Positions 20,541 to 30,185 of a DNA stretch of 53,397 nt are shown here, piece by piece. Both the position numbers and the translations under genes were made by a program. This DNA is from Planctomycetota bacterium (GTDB taxonomy: Bacteria > Planctomycetota > Planctomycetia > Pirellulales > Lacipirellulaceae), in the NCBI GenBank assembly GCA_039190745.1, contig JBCCXZ010000021.1, forward strand, positions 1 through 53,397, read 5' to 3'. The notes beneath the pieces were generated by a model that ran no database searches, was not told where the DNA came from, and saw only the letters and a list, made by a program, of their open reading frames with translations. Position 1 is the first letter of the stretch. Each line of letters opens with the position of its first letter.

Positions 20541-21347
20541 TCACCGATGCTGCCTGCAAGAAGACTGAGCCGAGCGTTTGACGGCGTACATGGCTGCGTC
20601 TGCTTCGTCGAGCAATTCTTCCAGCCCGGTTGAGCCGTCAAACGCAACGGCCACACCCACGCTTGCGCTGACGGTAAAGGAGCCGTTGCCTTGGTCGAGG
20701 GGCGCGGAAATCTGTCGCTTCAGCCGCGCGACAATCGCGTCCAAGTCCGTCGTCTCGGTAACCTCTCGCACAAAGACCGCGAATTCGTCGCCCCCGTAGC
20801 GCACGACCAAGTCTTCCCCTCGGATCGCGCCGGCCAGCCGTGTGGCAACCTCACGCAGGACCGCATCGCCCGCGACGTGGCCCAACCGGTCGTTGACCTG
20901 CTTGAAGCCGTCGAGGTCGACGAACAGCACCGCACAGGGGCGCCTCGCCGCCTCGGGAGTCGCACGCCAAGCGGCGAATTCCTCCGCAAGCGCTTGGCGG
21001 GTGGGGAGGCCCGTCAACGCGTCGCAGGGGAGACTGCCCCCGGAAGAGCGGGCGCCTACCGTGAGCACCAACGCACGCTGACCGGTTTCGATGAGATCGG
21101 CGGTCTCGATCCGGATCCGGCGTTGGTTGCCAACCGCGGCGTCAGAGCCTTCCAAACACTCTAACGACTCGACGAGATGGCCCAATGTGGCTGACGGCTC
21201 CTCCAGCACTTCGTCCAACCACGACCGGAGCGGCGGTGAGATGGCCAGAATCTGGTCGGTCGCGACGTCCGCGAGCACCACGCCGCGGAGCTCCGCGGCG
21301 GCGTCTTGATCGATAGGACTTCGAAGCTTGTCGTACGAGGAGATCAC
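20541..21347 (-). CDS. Diguanylate cyclase (GGDEF), last gene of the EPS operon
   Basis: DALTGLPTR, FVDLDGFKQVNDRLGHVAGD, RGEDLVVRYGGDEF (RxxD plus intact GGDEF), SVGVA, ADAAMYAVK. Starts 15 bp after the upstream stop. Confidence 0.92.
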   Translation of the reverse strand: MISSYDKLRSPIDQDAAAELRGVVLADVATDQILAISPPLRSWLDEVLEEPSATLGHLVESLECLEGSDAAVGNQRRIRIETADLIETGQRALVLTVGARSSGGSLPCDALTGLPTRQALAEEFAAWRATPEAARRPCAVLFVDLDGFKQVNDRLGHVAGDAVLREVATRLAGAIRGEDLVVRYGGDEFAVFVREVTETTDLDAIVARLKRQISAPLDQGNGSFTVSASVGVAVAFDGSTGLEELLDEADAAMYAVKRSAQSSCRQHR

Positions 21348-21362
21348 GGGGTTGTCTGAGCT

Positions 21363-22196
21363 CTAGTTGGTTGTGCTCTTGGAGTTCATCTTCTGGGTAT
21401 GCGAGCGGGCTTGTTCGCCGCGGACCCGCTGGCGGACCCACTGCTGGGCGAATCCCGCAACGAAGAGTGAGTTGGTGCTCACGTAACGTCCCGCCAGACG
21501 GCGCGGCTCGCTCGCCAGGCGGAACAGCCATTCCAGTCCGCGGCGTTGCATCCAGGAAGGCGCCATCGGTTTCACGCCCGCGTGGAAATCAAACGCCGCT
21601 CCAACGCAGAGCTGAACGACGCCCAGGCTCTCCCGGTGCTCGTAGGCGAAGTGCTCCTGTTTCGGGCAACCGATACCGACGAACAGGATCTTGGCGCCGC
21701 TCTCGCGCACCCGCCGGACGACCTCTGAATCCTCTTCGGAGGTCAGCGGACGGAACGGCGGCGACTCGGCCCCGGCGATCTGCAGACCGGGGAAACGCTC
21801 AAGCAGGTTACTCGACAGCGCATCGAGCACAGCGTCGGACGAACCGCCATACAGGTACACCGGGAGCGACTCCGCGGCGGCCCGTTCGCAAACCCGCAGC
21901 ATCGTCTCCGGGCCGTACACCCGTTCTGCCAAACACAGCCCGTAGAGGGCGTTGAGGGCCCAGCGGACCGACTGCCCGTCGGCGCCGATCAGGTCGAACG
22001 AGTTCACCCGTTCGAGCAACCGCTCGTCACGGTCGGAAGAGACGATCCCGTGTGCCGGGTAGAACGAGGCTAGGGCGGCTTGGCCCCGGCGGGCGGCTTC
22101 GACGATGCAGTCGACCGCTTCGTTGTACTCGGCGGCGCTCACGCGGACGCGCAGCACCTCGTACTTCTGGGGCCACTCAACTCGGTTTGCGGTCAT
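21363..22196 (-). CDS. WecB/TagA/CpsF family glycosyltransferase (GT26)
   Basis: ADGQSV, RVYGPE, YLYGG, SPPFRP, FVGIGCPKQE, VGAAFDF, GLEWLFRLASEPRRL. Confidence 0.93.
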   Translation of the reverse strand: MTANRVEWPQKYEVLRVRVSAAEYNEAVDCIVEAARRGQAALASFYPAHGIVSSDRDERLLERVNSFDLIGADGQSVRWALNALYGLCLAERVYGPETMLRVCERAAAESLPVYLYGGSSDAVLDALSSNLLERFPGLQIAGAESPPFRPLTSEEDSEVVRRVRESGAKILFVGIGCPKQEHFAYEHRESLGVVQLCVGAAFDFHAGVKPMAPSWMQRRGLEWLFRLASEPRRLAGRYVSTNSLFVAGFAQQWVRQRVRGEQARSHTQKMNSKSTTN

Positions 22197-23431
22197 GACA
22201 CATCTGCCATGGGAGGAGCGGCGACAGCTTCAGAGGCTTCGACGACATCGGTCGAGTAAGCAACCGCCCCCGGCTCACAAACGCTCGCGTAGATCGACAT
22301 CAGCAGTTCGTAGTTGCGGTCCGCGGTGTAGAGAGACTCGTAGCTCTGCCGGGCGCCTGTGCGGAGCTCGGCCCGAAATTTCGGGTCGTCTGCGATACGG
22401 CAGACCTTCTCGGCGAGGTCGTCTGGGTCGCGGGGCGAGAAGCCGAGGCCGTTTACCCCGTCGGAAACCATCTCCTCCAACGCGCCGAGCCGCGAGGCCA
22501 CTACGGGCGTGCCCACGGCAAACGCTTCTAGCAGTGTTTTGGGGCAGTTCTCGTACAGCCCGGAGGGCTGCACCAAGCAGGCGGCGTCTCCGACGATTCG
22601 CATCACTTCGTCCAGTTTCTTCCGCCCCAGCCACTCGACGCCCGGCAATCCTGCTGCTCGCTTCTCTATCTCTTCCTGCATCGGTCCGACGCCGATGATC
22701 TTCAGCGGCACCTTGGTCCCGATGCGCTCCCAGGCGTCGAGCAGGTTCGCAATGCCTTTTTCCTTGGCCAGTCTCCCTACGGACACGGCGTAGTTGCCCA
22801 AACCGGCGCCTGTGCCGGGGTCGGTCCAGATAAAGTTCGGCTTCACCACAATCTTGCCTGTCGGCAGCCCCCCGGCAACGAACTTCTCGGCGGAGAATCG
22901 GCTCAGCGTGATGTATCGATCAACGCACCGCTGCCAAGTCCCGAGCAGCTTGTGCACCAGGGTCATGGTCGCGACCACGCCGCTTGCCGAGCGGCTCGAT
23001 CGGTAGCAGCCGTGCAAGACGGCGGGCCAGGGGACGATGCGCTTCAAGCAGTCTTCGCAGGGCGCTCCGTCGCGGTAGAAACCCGCATCCGGGCACATCA
23101 GGCGGTAGTTGTGCAACGTCTGCACCACCGGCACGCCGGCCTCGCGGGCGGCGTAGTAAGCCGCGGGGGAAATCAATGGGAACGTGTTCGAGAAGTGGAT
23201 GACATCGGGCTTCTCCCGCCGCATCAGATTGAGCAACTCGCGGTACGTCGTCCGGTTCCACACCGTCCGCAGGGCGACTTCCAGCCCGCCCATGTGGTCG
23301 ATGACGTTGTTGTGCAGGCTGTAACGCAGCACCTCGTTCCCGCGAGACTCGAGCAACTGGCCCTCGTCGGCAAACACCTGGTCTTCGCCGCCGGCCTGCT
23401 GGTAGTAGTTGTGGCAGAGCAGCACCCTCAT
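22193..23431 (-). CDS. Glycosyltransferase family 4
   Basis: MRVLLCHNYYQQAGGED start (ATG 23431, overlapping upstream stop), TLHNYRLMCP, VGRLAKEKG, ENCPKTLLEAFAVGTPVV (ExxxxxxxE). Confidence 0.9.
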   Translation of the reverse strand: MRVLLCHNYYQQAGGEDQVFADEGQLLESRGNEVLRYSLHNNVIDHMGGLEVALRTVWNRTTYRELLNLMRREKPDVIHFSNTFPLISPAAYYAAREAGVPVVQTLHNYRLMCPDAGFYRDGAPCEDCLKRIVPWPAVLHGCYRSSRSASGVVATMTLVHKLLGTWQRCVDRYITLSRFSAEKFVAGGLPTGKIVVKPNFIWTDPGTGAGLGNYAVSVGRLAKEKGIANLLDAWERIGTKVPLKIIGVGPMQEEIEKRAAGLPGVEWLGRKKLDEVMRIVGDAACLVQPSGLYENCPKTLLEAFAVGTPVVASRLGALEEMVSDGVNGLGFSPRDPDDLAEKVCRIADDPKFRAELRTGARQSYESLYTADRNYELLMSIYASVCEPGAVAYSTDVVEASEAVAAPPMADVS

Positions 23432-24393
23432 CGCGGCGACCGCCCGGCACGCTGCCTCTGCTTCAGTCGGTGTTTCAGCCGGGGCGCCCAGTCGTACCAG
23501 CCCCCGAGCTTCCCGGCGAGCGTCGAGCCGGTGTCCCAATCGAACACCGTGATCCGCCCCCAGCCGAACGGGTCGCGTGCGGGGTCTACCAACTCCACCT
23601 CAGTCGTGAGTGCACAGCACGCGGTTGTCGAGCGTGCGGCCTCCATCAACTCTGGCCCCGCGAGGCCGTCGGCGACCGTGCCGAAGGGAAAAGAGAACGG
23701 GGGAGCATCGACCCCAAAGCTCCGCTGCACGATCTCGGCAGAGACCTCCATCTCCTCCAGGAAAGCCTCGCTGTGGCCGCGGAAGTCGGCGTGCGTGTGC
23801 GTGTGCGTGCCAATCTCGATCAGCCCGCTCGCGAGCATCGATTCGCACTGCTGTATTTGGATCGGCCGGTAGTGCGACCGCGGCACCCGTCCGGTGTATT
23901 CAAACGCCCACGTGTCGAACGGGAACGGCTTGTCCCCGTCTAGGTAGCCCGTGCACAGCAGCAGCGTCGCGGGAGTGCCCAGTTCCTGGAGGATCGGGAA
24001 CGCCTCCGTAAAGACCGTTTCGAAACAGTCGTCAAACGTCAGCACCACCGAACGCGACGGGAGCGGCTCGCCAGAGTGATGAGCCCGCAACGCGCTGCTG
24101 AGCGAGATAAAGCGGTAGCCGCGCTTGAGCAACCCGGTCAGCTGCGCCCGGAATGCCCGCGGCGTCGCGTTGTACGGTGGAGCGGGAACCCCCGGGGTCT
24201 GCGGGGCGACACGGTGGTAGGCCAAGATGCCCAAGGGCTGGTCGGCACGCGAGCCCGTCAGGTCCGAACAGGCTCCGCCGAATCGGGCGACCGCCCGCAT
24301 CGCGGCCTCTTGCAGTCGGGCCTTCCGGCCCGGTCGCCAAGGGCCCACCGGGACTTGCGGCTTGTCGGCGATCGACGCCACGGCGGTGCTCAT
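23428..24393 (-). CDS. Polysaccharide deacetylase (CE4/NodB homology)
   Basis: ILAYHRV, LTFDDC, HTHTH, FSFPFG motifs. No obvious signal peptide. Confidence 0.88.
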   Translation of the reverse strand: MSTAVASIADKPQVPVGPWRPGRKARLQEAAMRAVARFGGACSDLTGSRADQPLGILAYHRVAPQTPGVPAPPYNATPRAFRAQLTGLLKRGYRFISLSSALRAHHSGEPLPSRSVVLTFDDCFETVFTEAFPILQELGTPATLLLCTGYLDGDKPFPFDTWAFEYTGRVPRSHYRPIQIQQCESMLASGLIEIGTHTHTHADFRGHSEAFLEEMEVSAEIVQRSFGVDAPPFSFPFGTVADGLAGPELMEAARSTTACCALTTEVELVDPARDPFGWGRITVFDWDTGSTLAGKLGGWYDWAPRLKHRLKQRQRAGRSPR

Positions 24394-25634
24394 CGCGCCG
24401 GGCCTCCCAGCCGTGGCCGGTTGACGACCTCGCGGACCGCCGCACGGATGCGATCCGCGACCAGGTCAATCGACATCCGCTCAACCGAACGCCGTGAGCA
24501 GTCGCCCATCGCTCCGAGCAGCTCGCGGGCGGCGTAGGCTTCACGCAGGGCCCCGGTCAGGCTGCCGGCAGCCAGCGGGTCGGCCACCCAGCCGTTGACG
24601 CCTTCTTCGACAAGCTCCGATTCACCGCCGTAGACCGAACCGATCACGGGCAACCCCGAAGCCATCGCCTCTTCGAACGCGAGCGAGAAGCAGTCTCGCA
24701 ACGTCGGGAACGCGAACACGTCCGCCGACTGGTAGACCCTCGCCAGGTCTTCCCGGGGCCAGTACCCGAGCACCCGGACGTTCTGCAGCCCCAGTCGAGC
24801 CGCCATCGATTCGAGTTCCCCGCGGTCGGGCCCGTCCCCCGCGAGCAAGAGGGTGATCGGCTCGTCGACACCGTCACACAGTTCTGCCCAAGACTCCAAG
24901 AGCTGCCCAAGTCCCTTGGTGAAGGCCAAGTGCCCAACGTATAGAAACGTCAGGCCCTCGGCCCCCAACTCGGAACGCGTACGCGACCGCTCTGTGGAAC
25001 TCAAATCGGTGGAAAACGAATCAACGTCGAGCGCCTGCCCCACCTCGAAGATCGAGCCGCCCGGCACGCCCAACTCTTCCAGGAACAGCCGAGACTGTTT
25101 GCCGTTGCAGATGCAGCCGTCCAGCCTACGGCCCACGTAGCGTCGGATGTCTTTCTGCCGCGCCCCCGGGCTGGCCTCGGTGTGCGGGGTGCTCTCGCTG
25201 TAGACCATCAAACGGTGACCGGCGAGGCGTGCGGTCACCGTCGCCATAAGCGTCCGGGCACCGAACTCGGAGCTGATCGCAACGTCGGGCCGAAAGCGCA
25301 ACAGGTCCGGCACCACGCCGACGGGAACGTGGACCTGCCGACGCGTCTCAAGCGGCCCCGGGCCATCGACCCGTTGCCGACGGGTGTAGCGGAGCGAAAA
25401 ACTCTTCTTACTCGAGAAAGGCAGGTCCTGGGCGACCGACCACTGGCGGTCGTGCTCCCGGTCGATGCAGGTGAAGACGCAGAAATCCCAACCCTCGGTC
25501 TCCCCCAGCGCTGCGTAGAGCGGCACCCGGTACGGGGCGTTCTCGTTCGTCAGAAGGGCAACCCGCAGAGGTTTCGTCGATCGGCGAGCCGCTTGGCCGG
25601 TCGCCTCGACCGGCTCCAATTGTGAAGTGCTCAT
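24390..25634 (-). CDS. Glycosyltransferase family 4
   Basis: APYRVPLY, FLYVGHL..KG, AGDGP, ADVFAFPT..DCFSLAFEEAMASGLPVI. Confidence 0.88.
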   Translation of the reverse strand: MSTSQLEPVEATGQAARRSTKPLRVALLTNENAPYRVPLYAALGETEGWDFCVFTCIDREHDRQWSVAQDLPFSSKKSFSLRYTRRQRVDGPGPLETRRQVHVPVGVVPDLLRFRPDVAISSEFGARTLMATVTARLAGHRLMVYSESTPHTEASPGARQKDIRRYVGRRLDGCICNGKQSRLFLEELGVPGGSIFEVGQALDVDSFSTDLSSTERSRTRSELGAEGLTFLYVGHLAFTKGLGQLLESWAELCDGVDEPITLLLAGDGPDRGELESMAARLGLQNVRVLGYWPREDLARVYQSADVFAFPTLRDCFSLAFEEAMASGLPVIGSVYGGESELVEEGVNGWVADPLAAGSLTGALREAYAARELLGAMGDCSRRSVERMSIDLVADRIRAAVREVVNRPRLGGPAR

Positions 25635-26920
25635 GCCCGTGTCCTCGCCGGCGAGAGGGCGTCGGGGCCTGTCGCGCTCTGGCGCCAGAAGAGTGCGAAC
25701 AACCAGATCACGGTTTGCGCACGCGGCATCGGCCCGAACAGGGGCGACTCGGTCAGCCCGAACAGCAGGATGACCACGAGCACCAACACCGGGAAGAGTT
25801 CTCGGTACCGCAAGACCGAGTCGAACAGGCCCAGCAGCATGGCGGCGTAGATCGCGGCGCCCACCAACCCGGTGGTCAGCGCCGTGTTTAGCAGCATATT
25901 GTGCGCGTGAGACAACTCGGCGGCTCGGATCCCCGCTCGGTCAAAATCTACAAGCGCGTGCCGGGCCGATCCGTAGCCGTACCCGGTCACCGGCGATTCG
26001 GCGATGCACTCCAGCACGTAGGGCCAGAAGGTTGCCCGCCCCGTGATGTTGAAGATCTCGGCTTCGGTCCCCGTGCGTGACACGGAGGTCAGCACTGCTG
26101 CCCGGCGGACCTCGAAGAGCCCAGCGCCGTACGCGAACAGCCCCGCCGCGAGGACGGCCCCTCCCGTCAAAGCGGCGGCCACGGCCGTGCGTCGACCTCG
26201 CCGCAGGCACAGCCAGACGACGCCCACCGCTAGTGCGGCCAGCAGCGACGTACGGCTTTGCGCGAAGGCGATCGTCAGCAACCCGAAGAGCACAAACCCG
26301 CCGGTCGCCGACCGCGAGAGCTCCTTCCGCGAGGAGAGCGTCAAGGCCACGCAGATCAACCACACCGCCTGGAGGCCCAGCTGCTGCGCGTCGCCGCCCA
26401 CGCGGTACTCGATCACGCCGTCGACCAGATAAGGCGATCGGCCGATCGAGGGAAATAGAAAGTAGAGCGTCCAGGCCAAGCCAATGTACGAAGTGATTGC
26501 TGCGAGCAGCGTCCGCAGCACGGTACGCCGCCCGAGCTGGACCAACACGGCAGGCACAAAGAAGAAGGCGCAGGCGAGCACTCCGCAGGCCGCCGCAGCG
26601 TAGGCAGGCTGGACCGCAAGAGGCAGTGTCGCCGCCGCCCAGCCGATTAGCAGCAGCATCCATGCCCCGGGAAACAGCGTTAGGAAAGACGCGGTCGAAC
26701 GCCAGTAGCAGAGCCCATAAAGGCCGCACACGCCGCACACCGCGAGCCGTACCAGCAGCTGCGTATCGAGCCCAAACTTCTCTCCCGCGTCGGGTCGGAA
26801 GTCGTAAGTGGGGACAATCACCAGCGCGGCCAGCAGCGAGCAACTCAGCCAGTGAGGGGCCCGGGCGAATGAAAAAACGCCCATCCCTTGGAGGCCCGTG
26901 TGTGCGGCGGCGGTGCTCAT
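25631..26920 (-). CDS. O-antigen ligase-like / Wzy polymerase membrane protein
   Basis: Multi-TM protein with QSRTS, TGRATFW, SPVTGYGYG and HAHN motifs. Start ATG 26920 overlaps the flippase stop. Confidence 0.82.
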   Translation of the reverse strand: MSTAAAHTGLQGMGVFSFARAPHWLSCSLLAALVIVPTYDFRPDAGEKFGLDTQLLVRLAVCGVCGLYGLCYWRSTASFLTLFPGAWMLLLIGWAAATLPLAVQPAYAAAACGVLACAFFFVPAVLVQLGRRTVLRTLLAAITSYIGLAWTLYFLFPSIGRSPYLVDGVIEYRVGGDAQQLGLQAVWLICVALTLSSRKELSRSATGGFVLFGLLTIAFAQSRTSLLAALAVGVVWLCLRRGRRTAVAAALTGGAVLAAGLFAYGAGLFEVRRAAVLTSVSRTGTEAEIFNITGRATFWPYVLECIAESPVTGYGYGSARHALVDFDRAGIRAAELSHAHNMLLNTALTTGLVGAAIYAAMLLGLFDSVLRYRELFPVLVLVVILLFGLTESPLFGPMPRAQTVIWLFALFWRQSATGPDALSPARTRA

Positions 26921-28284
26921 GGCACGGAACCCTCCTCCGCAGCGGGAGCAGCTGGAGACCCGATACGCCTCGCCTCCAGTCCGATCACCGTGACCAACAG
27001 CCCGACGGACACGGCGTGCCCGACCAGAGCTCCGTAGGGGATCGCCAACTCGGCCCAACGGTCGTAGCAGAGGTACACGAACAGCAGCATCGCGGCCGCA
27101 CCGCCGCAGCGGGTGTAGACGCTCACGAGCGCCTTGTCGCGCCCCTGGAGGTACGACTCGGCGATCCTCCCCAGCCCCGCAACTGCGTAGGCGGGAAGCA
27201 GCGCCAGAGCCAAAGGCGTCGCTTCACGGAACCGTTCGCCGTACACGAGCACCATCAGCGGTTCGAGGAACAAACCAAAGACCGCCGCGGCAAGCGTCTG
27301 GACCGCAAGGATCAGGCCGCCGAGTTTCACGAGTTGCCGAAGCGACGGCGGGCCGCCTCGCTGGGCACCCGCGTTGAATGCAAACAACGAAATCGCGAGC
27401 GGCAGCACCATCAGGAAAGTCGCCGCGGGCACCGCCGCCGCGTAGTAGCCCTGCATGGTGAAACTAGCCAGCGACAAGAACAAGAAGACATCGATGCGCT
27501 CGAACAGGTCCGACGCGAGCACCGCCAAGGCGTACGGCCTACCCCGGTGCAGCAACCGAGCGGGCGTCGGTCCGCGAGACGAATCCAGTACCTCGCCTGA
27601 TCGCCGGTCGCCCCGTGTTGCGAACCGCCGGTAGGCCAGCCCGAGCACCGGCATCATGACAAAACACACGCCCGCCCATTGGACCGAGGCCCCGCCGGTG
27701 AGCCACATCAGGCTCAAGAGCATTGGGAAACCGACGCCAGAAACCAGCCGGCTGGCGTTGTAGCGATCAAACCGTCTCAGGCCGTGGTCGAGCGAGAGCC
27801 ACAACTGACGGACGTGCTCCAACGGCAAGAACAACGCGCAGAACAAGCAGAGCCATGCCAAGTGCCGTTTCTCTGAGGGCAAGGCCGCGACGGACAGCAC
27901 ACCGACCACCAGCATCGTAACCACCCCGGTCGAGATGCCCAGCCGCACCGCCGTCGCGGAGAGGCGTTGTTCGTCCTGGCTCCGGCGGGTGGCCCAGCGT
28001 GCAATCGCGTGCTGCGTGCCCAACAGGCCGATGAACGTGAACGTCTGAGAAAAGAACACCGCCGTTGCGTATTGCCCGCGACCCTCGGGGCCGAGCATCC
28101 GCGCCAGCAGGACGCCCTGCAGGGCGTAGAGGCCGTACAGCGCGAAGGACGTTGCCACTGTCTGGAGCATGTCCCGAGAGACAAGCCGGCGGACCCCGTC
28201 GACAACGCGGCGCGACCAAGCCGCACCGGCCTGGCTACCGTCCGGCACTGCTGAGGCGGCGATGGTGGGGGAATCGTGCGACAT
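26917..28284 (-). CDS. Wzx-type oligosaccharide flippase
   Basis: LLARMLGPEGRGQY, about 12 hydrophobic segments, RIDVFL...GYYAAA, VYGERF. Confidence 0.88.
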   Translation of the reverse strand: MSHDSPTIAASAVPDGSQAGAAWSRRVVDGVRRLVSRDMLQTVATSFALYGLYALQGVLLARMLGPEGRGQYATAVFFSQTFTFIGLLGTQHAIARWATRRSQDEQRLSATAVRLGISTGVVTMLVVGVLSVAALPSEKRHLAWLCLFCALFLPLEHVRQLWLSLDHGLRRFDRYNASRLVSGVGFPMLLSLMWLTGGASVQWAGVCFVMMPVLGLAYRRFATRGDRRSGEVLDSSRGPTPARLLHRGRPYALAVLASDLFERIDVFLFLSLASFTMQGYYAAAVPAATFLMVLPLAISLFAFNAGAQRGGPPSLRQLVKLGGLILAVQTLAAAVFGLFLEPLMVLVYGERFREATPLALALLPAYAVAGLGRIAESYLQGRDKALVSVYTRCGGAAAMLLFVYLCYDRWAELAIPYGALVGHAVSVGLLVTVIGLEARRIGSPAAPAAEEGSVP

Positions 28285-28312
28285 GCCTACCGGCCCGCCA
28301 AGCGGCGGCGAT

Positions 28313-29425
28313 TCACCTCGCGCCTTTGCGGGAGATCACCGAGGGAACCGTCTGCAGTAAGATCTTCACGTCGTTCCACAAGCTCATCGAACGGACATAC
28401 TCCAGGTCCATCCGCACCCATTGGGCGAAAGTGACCGAGGAACGACCTCGGACCTGCCAGATGCACGTCAGCCCCGGCACGACGTCTAGCCGGCGGCGTT
28501 GCCAAGTGTTGCACCCCTCGGCTTCGTCGACGGGCAGCGGACGCGGGCCCACGAGCGACATCTCTCCCCGCAGCACATTCCACAGCTGGGGCAACTCGTC
28601 GATGCTGGTGCTGCGGAGCACCCGCCCCACCCGCGTCACGCGGGGGTCGTCGGTCAGCTTGAACGCCGGCCCGTCCTGTTCGCTCAGGCTCCGCAGGGCA
28701 GCCTTCTCGGCGTCGGCGCCCTGCCGCATCGAGCGGAACTTAAACATCCGGAACGTTCGCCCGCGGTGACCGGTCCGGGGTTGAACAAAGAACACGGGCC
28801 CAGGCGACTCGGCCTTCACCAGCACCGCGACCGCCGCCAACAGCGGTGCGGACAGGACGATCAACCCAGCCGAGCCGGCGATGTCCACCGCACGCTTCCA
28901 GCGGGGGTGCGCCGCAGCCAAGAGCGGCTCCATCGGGTGTACCGCAGAGCCGTCGTGCGCCGCGGCTTCGTCGTGCGTTGCAGTTTCTTGGTCAGCCGAC
29001 GCGTCGTCCTGCGGCATCCCGTCGAGATCGAAGTCGGAAGGGTAAACAAAGACTTGGTAAGCAAGCCGCCCGCCCGCCTCTGCGAAACGGGAACGCACCT
29101 GCCGTGCCACAACGTGGGCTCCCTCGGCGGGGGTCTCGGGCAGCACCACGCCGATTCGGCCATCGGCGAGATACCCTTTGTCGTCGGTGATCCTAAGGCG
29201 TTCTTCGAGGATCTCTGCGAGCTCCTGCACGCCCGGCCCGTTGGGGCTCGGGTAGTCGATCTCGAAAGCGACTAGACAGAACGTCGAGTCGGACCGGCTC
29301 GCGAGGAACCGGGCCCGTTCCAAGAAGAACATCAACCGGTCGTTGGGCAACAGTATTCCGTGCGGCTCGTTGGCCAGCTTACGGTTTTGGCGGCGTAGAG
29401 CGGCCAGGAGGTTTCTCAGGGGCAT
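28313..29425 (-). CDS. Priming sugar (phosphoglycosyl) transferase with N-terminal degenerate GGDEF-like domain
   Basis: C-terminal Bac_transf motifs KRAVD, SPGPVFFVQPR, FKFRSM, DPRVTRVGRVLR.TSIDELPQLWNVLRGEMSLVGPRP, PGLTCIWQV. N-terminal RLRITDDKGYLADGRIGVVLPET aligns in register with RxxDxxxRxGGDEFxxxLP. Start ATG 29425 or TTG 29437. Confidence 0.9.
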   Translation of the reverse strand: MPLRNLLAALRRQNRKLANEPHGILLPNDRLMFFLERARFLASRSDSTFCLVAFEIDYPSPNGPGVQELAEILEERLRITDDKGYLADGRIGVVLPETPAEGAHVVARQVRSRFAEAGGRLAYQVFVYPSDFDLDGMPQDDASADQETATHDEAAAHDGSAVHPMEPLLAAAHPRWKRAVDIAGSAGLIVLSAPLLAAVAVLVKAESPGPVFFVQPRTGHRGRTFRMFKFRSMRQGADAEKAALRSLSEQDGPAFKLTDDPRVTRVGRVLRSTSIDELPQLWNVLRGEMSLVGPRPLPVDEAEGCNTWQRRRLDVVPGLTCIWQVRGRSSVTFAQWVRMDLEYVRSMSLWNDVKILLQTVPSVISRKGAR

Positions 29426-29491
29426 ATCAGGTGTCAATTCAGGTGGGGAGAATCTTAGGTAGGCAACGTCAGCGTGCAGCAGGCAGGGGTG

Positions 29492-30184
29492 TTATCGCGT
29501 TCGATTGAGCACAGCGCCGATCAGGGCAGCTCCACTCGTGCGGAGCTTTTGCTGGGCGCGGTCGGCGTGGCGGGCATCCGTGCGGCCGGCTTCAATCACG
29601 AGCACCACGCCGTCGAGCAGTCGGGCCATCGAGGTGCAGTTACTGCTCGAGTCCACAGCGGGGAGGTCGACCACCACGAAGTCGAATTCTCCTTTCAGCT
29701 CGCTCAGCAGCGCCCGGAACGCGGCGGGATCGTAGTCGTGGCCAAGACCGCCGGGCTCTCGGCCGCCGGCTAAAAAGCTCAGTCGGTCGAAGCGGGTCGA
29801 AATCAGGCAGTCGCCGAGCAAGGCGGCGCCGCTCAGTGCGTCCGACAGGCCGCAGGTCGGCGTCAGGCCGAGCCGCTCGGCCGGGCCGCCCCGGCGACGG
29901 GCTCCCGCGCAGTCAATCAGTAGTACCCGCCGGTTCGGGCACCCTGCCGCCAGGGCCGACAGATTGATCGCGGTGGTCGTCACGCCTTCGCCGGCATGTG
30001 AACTCGTAACGCCCAGCGCGTAAGCAGAGGCGGAAAGGTCTTGCTGGTGGTCGAGAACCCGGCTTAGCAGAGCGGAGTACTGCTCGCTCGCCGGGTGCGT
30101 GGGCGCGGGTTGGCCGGGCGAGCCCTGCTGAGACGTCGTCGCGGTTTCCCCGGCGTTCTGCGTGTGCGATATCATCGGCGTCAC
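29492..30184 (-). CDS. CpsD/CapB-like (BY-kinase family) P-loop protein with degenerate Walker A
   Basis: GVTSSHAGEGVTT, RVLLIDC, GLSDAL, FDFVVVDLP, DGVVLVI, GAVLN. No C-terminal Tyr cluster. Confidence 0.85.
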   Translation of the reverse strand: MTPMISHTQNAGETATTSQQGSPGQPAPTHPASEQYSALLSRVLDHQQDLSASAYALGVTSSHAGEGVTTTAINLSALAAGCPNRRVLLIDCAGARRRGGPAERLGLTPTCGLSDALSGAALLGDCLISTRFDRLSFLAGGREPGGLGHDYDPAAFRALLSELKGEFDFVVVDLPAVDSSSNCTSMARLLDGVVLVIEAGRTDARHADRAQQKLRTSGAALIGAVLNRTR

Positions 30185-30185
30185 C

